Shown here in pieces: positions 53,465 through 61,703 of a stretch of 64,000 nt of DNA. Every line of letters starts with the position of its first letter. Positions within the stretch are counted from its first letter, which is position 1. The notes beneath the pieces are model-generated. The model did no database searches, was not told the origin of the DNA, and saw only the letters and a list, made by a program, of their open reading frames with translations. The translations under genes and the position numbers were made by a program. Source of the stretch: Candidatus Woesearchaeota archaeon (lineage in GTDB: Archaea; Nanobdellota; Nanobdellia; Woesearchaeales; JACPBV01); NCBI GenBank assembly GCA_016180135.1, contig JACPBV010000009.1, forward strand, positions 19,248-83,247, read 5' to 3'.

Positions 53465-56077
53465 TTATTTGTTATTAGGTTGTCCACTCTGCTTCCATTT
53501 AAGCGAGGAAGCTTCTTGGGGAATTCTTAACTGGCCATTTCCCATTTCTGCATATCTTTTATTGAGGTCTGGAACATCGCTCGGCCCTTGCTCTCGAGCC
53601 ACCACCTCACTCCAGACTTGTTGAATAGTTACATCCTCACCCCTAATTTTTCGTCTTCTAAACTCCTCTCGGACAATTTCCCCTATTCTTGGATTACTTC
53701 TTTGCCCGTCATCTTGTTTATGGTCACCCCGAGCGTTTATGATGGTTGGGGCTAAATATCCATAGGAATCAATTGGTACCATTCCTCCCCCCCGGGGGAT
53801 ATAGTTCACCATCCCCCGTTGGGTTGTTGGCTTTCCTTCTATGACTTTACCTTTAAACGTCACATAATTTCCTCTCAGCACAAGAGGGACTTTTATATTA
53901 TCAATAAGCCCCGTGATAGTAGGTATTGGATTCAATCCTGAGCCCCCAAGCGCAGTATTTGTGTGATAGCCAATTCCAAGGGCATCTTCATGGTAAGCAA
54001 TGACAATAATATTCTTTGTCCCAGCTTTAACCCCATCAATGATGAACCCCCCATCATTTTCGGTTTTTTTGTTAGCATTGAAGCGGGGTCTATTCTCTAA
54101 AGCCTTTTCAAGTTCTTGTTTTGTTATGAGCGTCTTATTTCCTAATCTTTGGATAAGGCCGGGAAATGCCTCTGCCGCAATAACTTCCGCATTTCCAACG
54201 CCTTCATCAGTATTCGCCTTGATGACTTTTCCAGAAATGCGGGAATCGTAAGTGAAAGCCTTTTCTAATGTTGCCTTGAAAGTATTAGCTTCAATAACAA
54301 GGTCAACGGTCTGTCCGGGAGGGCCTGCAGGAGTCACTCCTTTGATAGAGGTTCCCTTGAGGTCTATCTGGACATTAGTTAAAGGATTGCTTCCTAACAG
54401 GATTCTCGTTGCCTGGCCGATATTAGCGCAATAGATGGTAACTGTTGTGCCCCCGGAAGCAGGGCCACGATTAGGATTAACAGAAAAAATAGTTGGCTTT
54501 TTAATCTCACTTAAAGATTTTAAAATTTTGATTTGTTCATTTAATTTTGTTATCATTAAGTTAATGAAATGAAATTGGCAATCAGTTGTTAGGTGTGTCA
54601 CGTCAAATGGAGTAGTTGTTGTCTTAAGACAAGATTCTATTATTTGTTTTATAGCCTCAACTCTTGTTTTTGCCCATTTGCCAGATAACCTGTCTTCCAG
54701 CCTTTTTTCAAACGCAGCTTGTGATTCTCCTAGGGCTTTTTGTTCATTGAGATGAATAAGTTCGGTATCTGTAACCCCCTCTTCCTGTTTGAGGGGTATT
54801 TTTATCTTTCCAGCAAAGCCTATAACCTCATTGCAGATTGAAATTCCACCTTCTAATACTTTTATCTCTCTAAGAATTTGTCCAACAATATAATTATCGT
54901 GCCCTACTTTTTTTAATACATCATTCAATCTATCTTTGTTATCAGTAAACATTTTCAGGTAACCATTCTCCATCCTTTCTATATGGTTAATTCCTTGGTT
55001 AAGCTGTTTGATTCGTTCTTTATTATCGAGCTGGAGAAACCAGAGCTGCCATACTGTCTCGTAAAGGTGTTTTCTCAGGATGAACTTTTTGACAGCATGG
55101 CCAACTAAATATGTCGGCGGCCTGAGATAAGCTCTCCAGTTATCAGAATCTGCGCCCATTAATCCCTGTTTTGGGGGTTTTTCCCTAATGTCCCACATCT
55201 TCTCAAGGAGCTTTTTCTTACCATCCTGTATATTTGTTAACTCGTCTATTGCTTTTTTCTTTCCTTCGATAGAAATAGCCAATGGTGTTAGAGGTGGAAT
55301 CTTCCCCTTATGTTTCCAAAACAGCAATAACAGCAAAAGCACCACCGCCAACAGCCCTCCCCCGCCATACCCGGCTATCTTCCCCCACGGAAGGCCGTCT
55401 TCTTTTTTCTCCTCTTTTTTAGGCGTCGCTTCTTCTTTTTTCTCCGGTCTGTCCGGCGTTGGAACTGGAACTGGCTGAATTCCGCCGTCAGGAGGCGTAG
55501 TTCCCTGATATGGCGCAGGCGCTAATGGCCCGCCCCTGCCTCCGAATCTTCCGCCCAATCCTGAAAACCAGTCCAAAAATCCAGTCCCAAATCTTCCTTC
55601 CTGGGTCATGTACCATGCCCACAGCACCAGCAAAGTCGCTATCAGGAAAGCCAAAAACAAAGCCCATCCTTTGTGGTTCTCCAACCCCATCTTCAGCAGC
55701 AGCAGATAAATAATCAAAACAAGGATCAAATACGCCAGCCCGAGTGCGATATACCCAAAATTGATGAGCTTGAACTTATTCGTCACAACAAGGATGATGG
55801 AAGCGAGCATCGCAGCTGCCAAACAGAACACCGTTACCGGCTTAGTGATCTCGCCGAACGCGGTCTTTGAGCCGATGAGGAACGCAGCAAAGAAAAGGAA
55901 GAACAGCAGCAAAAATCCGAGCGTTGCCTCATACCGTTCCCAGCCGCTCTGGAAAAAATTTTCCATCGAATCCCATACATTGAAGAAAGCATCCCCGATT
56001 GCCCCAAAAGCAAAAGGCGCGAGCGTGATAGCTAGGAAAATCCCCAGCGCCAAAATTCCGATCATCTTCCTGCTCAT
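53465..56077 (-). CDS. Polytopic membrane protein with IPT/TIG-like and carboxypeptidase-regulatory-like beta domains (870 aa)
   Basis: About 5 N-terminal TM helices, a Gly/Arg and Pro-rich linker and one further TM (GGGGLLAVVLLLLLLFW), then a helical region. IFSVNPNRGPASGGTTVTIYCANIG...GVTPAGPPGQTVDLVI is IPT/TIG-like (nt ~54250-54490). ISGKVIKANTDEGVGNAEV follows. Confidence 0.85.
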   Translation of the reverse strand: MSRKMIGILALGIFLAITLAPFAFGAIGDAFFNVWDSMENFFQSGWERYEATLGFLLLFFLFFAAFLIGSKTAFGEITKPVTVFCLAAAMLASIILVVTNKFKLINFGYIALGLAYLILVLIIYLLLLKMGLENHKGWALFLAFLIATLLVLWAWYMTQEGRFGTGFLDWFSGLGGRFGGRGGPLAPAPYQGTTPPDGGIQPVPVPTPDRPEKKEEATPKKEEKKEDGLPWGKIAGYGGGGLLAVVLLLLLLFWKHKGKIPPLTPLAISIEGKKKAIDELTNIQDGKKKLLEKMWDIREKPPKQGLMGADSDNWRAYLRPPTYLVGHAVKKFILRKHLYETVWQLWFLQLDNKERIKQLNQGINHIERMENGYLKMFTDNKDRLNDVLKKVGHDNYIVGQILREIKVLEGGISICNEVIGFAGKIKIPLKQEEGVTDTELIHLNEQKALGESQAAFEKRLEDRLSGKWAKTRVEAIKQIIESCLKTTTTPFDVTHLTTDCQFHFINLMITKLNEQIKILKSLSEIKKPTIFSVNPNRGPASGGTTVTIYCANIGQATRILLGSNPLTNVQIDLKGTSIKGVTPAGPPGQTVDLVIEANTFKATLEKAFTYDSRISGKVIKANTDEGVGNAEVIAAEAFPGLIQRLGNKTLITKQELEKALENRPRFNANKKTENDGGFIIDGVKAGTKNIIVIAYHEDALGIGYHTNTALGGSGLNPIPTITGLIDNIKVPLVLRGNYVTFKGKVIEGKPTTQRGMVNYIPRGGGMVPIDSYGYLAPTIINARGDHKQDDGQRSNPRIGEIVREEFRRRKIRGEDVTIQQVWSEVVAREQGPSDVPDLNKRYAEMGNGQLRIPQEASSLKWKQSGQPNNK

Positions 56078-56601
56078 CTTCTTGCCTTCCGGATAGCTTC
56101 TAAGATCATCTCTTCGCCGAACAGCGCTTTTCCTTTTGCAAGGATGCCCGCAACATCCGCTTCTTTTTGGATCAAAGCTGCACTGAACTGCTCTTCAGTC
56201 TTGCAGATAACATTCACTTCCTTCATCTCCCTGTAGATTGCGCTCTTCACCTTTTCAGCCTGAGAAGTCACAACAAGCAGCTGTTTTCCGTCAAAGATCG
56301 CAGCTTTGCTTTCGTGGGCGATGCTTAAGAAAGGAATCTCAGCGGCTTCAGCCTTCTCCAGCAGCGCTATCGCTCCCAGGTGAAATGCTTTTCTCTCGTT
56401 AAGGTTGACCTCATAGAACAGCCCAGTCCCAAGCTTCTCTGCCTTGACTATGCCGTTGCTCTCTAATTTCTTCAGAGCCGCATGCGCCCCTGCTGCGCTG
56501 AGCCCCATCTTCACAGCAAGCTCGTTGATAGTATGCCTTTGGGAGAAGTTTCTAAGCAAAAATCCGATTATCGCAAATTCGTTCTTGCTTATCGAGAGCA
56601 T
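56074..56601 (-). CDS. Winged-helix transcriptional regulator (175 aa) heading the operon
   Basis: FAIIGFLLRNFSQRHTINELAVKMGLSAAGAHAALKKLESNGIVKAEK. 4-nt overlap with the 870-aa gene start. Confidence 0.7.
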   Translation of the reverse strand: MLSISKNEFAIIGFLLRNFSQRHTINELAVKMGLSAAGAHAALKKLESNGIVKAEKLGTGLFYEVNLNERKAFHLGAIALLEKAEAAEIPFLSIAHESKAAIFDGKQLLVVTSQAEKVKSAIYREMKEVNVICKTEEQFSAALIQKEADVAGILAKGKALFGEEMILEAIRKARR

Positions 56602-56639
56602 TATCCGTTTTTACCTGATAAGGCATCATTATTATTGAG

Positions 56640-56935
56640 GTATTATATAAATATTATGATTTACAATACAAAGAAGCTTATTGAACCTACTAATTAAAAA
56701 CTAGCTAATATTAAAAATATGGAGTCTAATCATAAAATTAAAGAGTATAATACTAAAAATAAAATGCATAGTAATAAAAAGATGTATGCCTAGTGATATA
56801 AATACTAAAAATATAAATAAAAATAGGTTAATAATATTAAAAAAACTAATAATTAATAATAAAAAATGTTCGTTTATACTAAAAAAATTACTAATATAAA
56901 TCACCACTAAATAATAGTCACAAAAACCAAAGCTT
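56640..56935. promoter_or_regulatory. Extremely AT-rich divergent intergenic core (roughly 80-85% A+T by eye)
   Basis: Lies between the divergent starts at 56601 (-) and 56965 (+). ATACTAAAAA recurs at ~56750, 56802 and 56876, and there are many CTAATA words. Track ORF 56701..56907 here is an AT-composition artefact. Confidence 0.6.
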
Positions 56936-56964
56936 TAAATAGCCGTAATAATTCTTCCCACCCT

Positions 56965-57108
56965 ATGAAGCACCGCATCTCGGTCTCAGTAGAAGAAAGC
57001 ACCATAAAAGCCGTTCAGGATACCTTAAGGACGGGAAAGTTCAGGAACAAATCGCACATCATCGAATTTGCGGTGCAGCAGTTCCTCGGAGGAAAAAATG
57101 GCCGATGA
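56965..57108 (+). CDS. Ribbon-helix-helix (CopG/Arc/MetJ-type) DNA-binding protein (47 aa; below ORF-track cutoff)
   Basis: My translation is MKHRISVSVEESTIKAVQDTLRTGKFRNKSHIIEFAVQQFLGGKNGR, a beta-strand/helix/helix pattern typical of RHH proteins. It overlaps the next gene's ATG (57098) by 11 nt. Confidence 0.55.
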   Translation: MKHRISVSVEESTIKAVQDTLRTGKFRNKSHIIEFAVQQFLGGKNGR

Positions 57109-57853
57109 TCACGGACATGATGCTCCAGCCCATGATGCCCATGGCGCTGCTCCGGCAGCTCCCTCAGCAAGCCCGGCAGCAGTCGGAAACTTCTTGGAAG
57201 ACCTGGTAAAAGGCACCGAAAGCCTATGGGAAGGCGTTAAAGGTATTCCTGAAGTTGGGAAAGACGTTATGAGAGTTTCTTGGGATGTCTCGATAGCGCT
57301 TGGCTCAGTAGGATTAAGCTATTCTTGTGTTGGCATGGACGCTTTGATCCTTGGAGGTGGCTTTGGGACCGGAACTCTGGTAAAAAACCTTATCAAAGGA
57401 GAATCTCCTTCCTTAAACGAGCTTTCAAAATCAATCCGTGTTGGCGCTATCCTTGCAATCCCTACCCATTACACATTTGAAGGTGTTGGCATGGCCGGAG
57501 CATGGGCAAAAGCCCATTATGGCAGGACAGCAGGCATCGCCGCAAGGGCGGCATTAGGCGTTGCAAACATCCCCCCGTTCATTGAGATTGACGAGATGAT
57601 AAGGAGAATGATGATTGCTGATTACAAGCCAGTTCCATGGGAAGAGCGCTGGAGAAAGAACCTGGCAACAACGGCAATGTTCTCCCCTCTTGTAGCCGTT
57701 AACCTTAACCTCCCTGAGTTTTTCCCAGGTTACAACCCCATGTTCGGCGCAGCATTCAACACAACAGTCTATTCAGCCGCCTTTGGAGTCCCAAGACAGA
57801 AGAAGGAAGATAAGCCTGCCCACGCATCAGTCGGGCCTCAGGAGCATAATTAG
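57098..57853 (+). CDS. Hypothetical membrane-associated protein with His/Asp-rich N-terminus (251 aa from ATG 57098)
   Basis: MADDHGHDAPAHDAHG..., then Gly/Ala-rich hydrophobic segments (ALGSVGLSYSCVGMDALILGGGFGTG, VGAILAIP, GMAGAWA). No family recognised. Confidence 0.6.
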   Translation: MADDHGHDAPAHDAHGAAPAAPSASPAAVGNFLEDLVKGTESLWEGVKGIPEVGKDVMRVSWDVSIALGSVGLSYSCVGMDALILGGGFGTGTLVKNLIKGESPSLNELSKSIRVGAILAIPTHYTFEGVGMAGAWAKAHYGRTAGIAARAALGVANIPPFIEIDEMIRRMMIADYKPVPWEERWRKNLATTAMFSPLVAVNLNLPEFFPGYNPMFGAAFNTTVYSAAFGVPRQKKEDKPAHASVGPQEHN

Positions 57854-58020
57854 GAAACAATGGTGTTGAAATGTATCTATTTCTTGAAAACAATAACATT
57901 GAAAGGTATCTATTTCTTGAAAACAATGGCATTGCAATGGAGCTGTTTTTGAGAAATGATGAATTAGGATGTGCCTAAATCTTTAAACTTGGCACTGAAA
58001 TAAGCTCATTTCTGAAGAAT
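57854..58020. repeat. ~33-bp tandem repeat, 2 good plus ~3 degenerate copies
   Basis: Units start at 57854, 57886 and 57919 and then decay. The shared core is TTGAAA[T/G]GTATCTATTTCTTGAAAACAAT. A T8 run follows at 58039-58046. Confidence 0.8.
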
Positions 58021-58090
58021 GACTCCGCCCCACCCTGATTTTTTTTGGTATCCCCTTTATTTATGTTTTGATTAAGTTTATGGTCAGAAT

Positions 58091-60100
58091 TTAACTTTTA
58101 TCCCCCCTCAATTTTTTGTTTATTGAAGTGATGTCTATGCTAAACGGATCCATATTGAGATCACTCCCAAAAATGCGCGGACCATAATCGAACCCCAAAG
58201 TTTCTTTGGCAGCATGTTGGAGGTCATGATGTATCTCTTCAATCTTTTTCCCATTCCGGCAAATGTATTCTATAAAAAACATAGACATGCCTCTGGTTGT
58301 AAGGACGGGAGAAATTTGCTCATTTTTGGGGACATTCTCAACATGCTCATAATATCTTTTTTTTCCAATATACATAAATCCCAATAATCCTTCTTCCATA
58401 AGATGCTCAGATAAAACTCTAAAATCGCATGCGGGATTTAGGTTAGTTGCCTCCCTTGTCGGGGATACCTCATTGAAAGTATCTCCCTTCTTTGTTGTGT
58501 GGGGATGACGAAATCTTAAAGTGTAATCCCTAAATGATTTGCGCCCCGGCATTGGCGGATCTGCAAGCTTTTTAGCTGCCTCGATATTTTTTCCTTTATT
58601 TTGCCTAAACACAGGTACATCAACAAAATCCCACGCACCTTCTGGTGTGGGATTATTTGCCATAATATAATCCATGACGGTTAGGCTGTGGGGGTGATAC
58701 CTGCCATCCCTCAGATCATCACGGTATTCATCCCACTCATTAAATATATAATTCACCATCTCAAGGGCATCAACATCAGTGATCAAATCATGATATTCTT
58801 CGGGGATGACTCTCCATTGACCTCCTCGATCAACATAGTCTGAATCAGGAAAACTGAATACGTCCAGAAGAAAAGTGCCTTTCTTTAATCTCTTTTTTTT
58901 ATATTCAAGGCTTCCATCAGGGGTTTTTGTAATGCGTTTAAATTCATAATCTTCATTAGCAACTTCAAACTCCATGCCATATTCATCCAAAAGATACTCC
59001 ACTTCCTCAATCTCTTGTCCTCTGTTATCCTTATTAAGATCTAATGCCCCGCCTTTGCTTTTACTGCGAATCAATTTATTTCTCTCAAAAAGGGTTTTTA
59101 GCTCAGTAATTTTTATCTTTTCTTTAATTCCCTTCTCACTAATATCGAGGGAACTCGTTTTTATTGTTTCATATGTGTGCCTGTATAAAATGTTTTGGGG
59201 AATATTCGATTTAACCATTATCCGATAATTCCTAAGCTCCTTATGAAGATTTATCAACCCATCCAAAAATGATTTGTGTTCTTGCTCACGCACAACAATA
59301 GATTTGTATCCGGTTGATTCCCATTCACCAAAAAAAGTGGCTAACTGACTTATAATCTCCTCGATACCTGATTTGAATCCACCAAAAAAAATTCCCCTCT
59401 GTTCATCAATAGTATTTAAGTTCGGCGCCGGTATGTTTGTCCTAATCCAATGTTCAACATGCAGATTAATCTTATCAATTATACCGGTGTAAATCTTTTT
59501 TAGAGCTTCATGATGATCATAACCGAAGTATCTTACCCGTTGCACATATCCTGAGGGGAAGGTTATTTCAACTTCTCGCGGAATTGGAACTCCAAATTTC
59601 TTCCCAAGAATCTCAAAAGGCTCAGCTTTAATCTTACTCCCACGTATAGCACTTTCTTTCCCCGTTGATTTATGGATGATAATTTTTTCAAAATCCTCTT
59701 CAAATTCGTAATACTCACCTTCATTAACGCTTGTTGCTTCTTCAAAACCAGTCCCACCCCTTAAAGAATATTCGCTCTCAACAACATCTGGGTGCGTGTA
59801 AGGTCCAAGTTTAGCATAAATCCCAGCTATGTTTGGTCTTAAATCCTCCTCAATATTATAATACGTGGGAAATTCTTTGCTTGGGTTTTCAATAAGCTTT
59901 AAATGTTCGTTTAGTTTGTTTAAAATTGAAAATAACTCCTCAATGTCTAGGGTGGGTTCAAGACTCTTTTTACCAGCCCTGCTAAATCTAAAATTTAGCC
60001 CAAAACGCCTAAATGGTTTCGTAAACCTCCTTAAACCAGCTTTTATTTTGTCTCCAACCCACCCAGCGTATTGGTTTCTTTCGCTTCCAGCTTCAGACAT
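58091..60100 (-). CDS. Hypothetical protein (669 aa from MSEAGS), paralogue of the 610-aa protein; G-R-Y-HPHSL motif
   Basis: Clean ORF. Start trimmed to ATG 60100, giving an 8-nt overlap with the upstream gene. The motif GRYHPHSL is encoded at ~58682-58705. Confidence 0.8.
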   Translation of the reverse strand: MSEAGSERNQYAGWVGDKIKAGLRRFTKPFRRFGLNFRFSRAGKKSLEPTLDIEELFSILNKLNEHLKLIENPSKEFPTYYNIEEDLRPNIAGIYAKLGPYTHPDVVESEYSLRGGTGFEEATSVNEGEYYEFEEDFEKIIIHKSTGKESAIRGSKIKAEPFEILGKKFGVPIPREVEITFPSGYVQRVRYFGYDHHEALKKIYTGIIDKINLHVEHWIRTNIPAPNLNTIDEQRGIFFGGFKSGIEEIISQLATFFGEWESTGYKSIVVREQEHKSFLDGLINLHKELRNYRIMVKSNIPQNILYRHTYETIKTSSLDISEKGIKEKIKITELKTLFERNKLIRSKSKGGALDLNKDNRGQEIEEVEYLLDEYGMEFEVANEDYEFKRITKTPDGSLEYKKKRLKKGTFLLDVFSFPDSDYVDRGGQWRVIPEEYHDLITDVDALEMVNYIFNEWDEYRDDLRDGRYHPHSLTVMDYIMANNPTPEGAWDFVDVPVFRQNKGKNIEAAKKLADPPMPGRKSFRDYTLRFRHPHTTKKGDTFNEVSPTREATNLNPACDFRVLSEHLMEEGLLGFMYIGKKRYYEHVENVPKNEQISPVLTTRGMSMFFIEYICRNGKKIEEIHHDLQHAAKETLGFDYGPRIFGSDLNMDPFSIDITSINKKLRGDKS

Positions 60101-61703
60101 TGGTTCCCACCCCAGAATGAGTTTCATCCAAAATGGCGAAATATCCAATCAATTCTTTGGATTTTTCCAATATCTCAACTCCTTTAGAAATTATCTCCTT
60201 TGAAAGTTCGCTAGTTTTTTGGACTATCCCCCCTACCTGCTCCTCGGAATTTTTTTCTAAAGAGTGCAGACCTGTAAAATACCCCAACAACGAGTAATTT
60301 AACATTAACAGCGTTCTCGTATTCTTCGCTCTAAAACTTTTGCTTGCTGCTTTAGTTCTTCCTAACATCCCCACCATGCCTGAGGAATCTTCTTCGAGGA
60401 GCCTTATTCTGGAATCAAAATCCACCTCTTGATTGAAAACTAGTAATCTGTTCATAAATTCCGCCTTCAGCCCTAGTAGGGTATCCTCTTTTTTTAAGAA
60501 TAGTTTTCGAAGTGAATATAACTTTCGAATAAGCTCCTTCTTCTTATCTTTTGCAATTCTTCTTAGCAATAGTATTTGGGGTCTTGAAATGGATAAACCC
60601 CTTTTCAGAATCTGTAAAAAACTATCTTTAAGTTCATTAAAGCTTTTTTCTGCCTTTGTTTCAACTGCTTCATTGGACAGGTTAAAAAGAGCAAGAAGGC
60701 TTTGTTGGCCATCATAAATTATTTGGCTCGAATTTTCTAATGAGTATATCATTTTTTTAAGCTTTTCTTCCCATTTAAGGGGCTGTTGGCCATATGAGGC
60801 ATGATCCTTTAATGCAGCCTGGAGTTCGTTGGAAGCAACAGGATCATGGTAATACTCAAATACCCTTTTATAAATATGTTTCATATTCCCATAAACCTGG
60901 AGAAAGCTCTTCCATTCTGCCTCATCTTTGCCAATCTCAATCCTTCTCAATATATCCTTAAGAAATAAAATTTCCTCTTTAAGAAGTGAGAAATGCTCCA
61001 ATCTCTGGTCCCTTAGAAGAGAATCTATATCTGGGTTAGCAAATGACTTTAATATCTCTTGGTAATGTTTGGCTTCTTCAATATACTCTGAAAGATACCT
61101 TTCAGACAGCCTCCATCTTTTAACCTTTTCCTCAAAGGAAAAGATATACCTCCTTTGCTGGCCTCTTTTGATCATTATCTCCCTAAAAGCATTAATAAAT
61201 TGGATAAACCTTAATCTCAAGTCCTTTTGAGTTATTTTACCAATTTGTTCGGTAATCTGACTTGCGGAAGACCTTAGGAAAATTTCGAGTTTTTCTTTTG
61301 TGCTTTGCATGAATTCGTTATAAACGGATAACACTTCTTTTGGGATTTTTGAAAGGCTTGCTATATCAGTTGCCCTTTCAGCAAGCTCAGGATCAGATTC
61401 TCGAATTGGGCCTATTTGGTTTAGAAGAGCATCAACAAAACCCCTTTCATCTTTCTTGTGATGTTTAAACGTATTTAAAATGGTCTCGCACGCAATCAAT
61501 TGTGGAAAAAACTTAGCCTGATTTTTTTCATCAAAGATAAATCTTCTTATGAATTTAATCTTTTCTTCAGTAACTCTTAACGGTTTAAGGATGTGATTAA
61601 CGATTATCAAGTATGTTCGTTTTATTGAGAAATGTAAAGAATCTCCTAGACTACTGCGATCTTCTCCAATTTTTTCTGGGCGGTTAGTATTCGTCATTAT
61701 CAT
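60093..61703 (-). CDS. Hypothetical all-helical protein (536 aa)
   Basis: Clean ORF, Lys/Glu/Leu-rich, no TM and no motif recognised. The start codon directly abuts the stop of the 610-aa gene. Confidence 0.8.
   Translation of the reverse strand: MIMTNTNRPEKIGEDRSSLGDSLHFSIKRTYLIIVNHILKPLRVTEEKIKFIRRFIFDEKNQAKFFPQLIACETILNTFKHHKKDERGFVDALLNQIGPIRESDPELAERATDIASLSKIPKEVLSVYNEFMQSTKEKLEIFLRSSASQITEQIGKITQKDLRLRFIQFINAFREIMIKRGQQRRYIFSFEEKVKRWRLSERYLSEYIEEAKHYQEILKSFANPDIDSLLRDQRLEHFSLLKEEILFLKDILRRIEIGKDEAEWKSFLQVYGNMKHIYKRVFEYYHDPVASNELQAALKDHASYGQQPLKWEEKLKKMIYSLENSSQIIYDGQQSLLALFNLSNEAVETKAEKSFNELKDSFLQILKRGLSISRPQILLLRRIAKDKKKELIRKLYSLRKLFLKKEDTLLGLKAEFMNRLLVFNQEVDFDSRIRLLEEDSSGMVGMLGRTKAASKSFRAKNTRTLLMLNYSLLGYFTGLHSLEKNSEEQVGGIVQKTSELSKEIISKGVEILEKSKELIGYFAILDETHSGVGTNV

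Noticed and set aside
56701-56907. 68-aa minus-strand ORF (Phe/Ile/Asn-rich)
   Set aside because: It is an artefact of the roughly 85% A+T spacer.
27323-58020. Whether any of the tandem repeat blocks (56, 33, 18, 14, 13 or 11 bp) is a CRISPR array
   Set aside because: The units are contiguous, with no unique spacers between them. Copy numbers are low, and no cas genes lie in the window.
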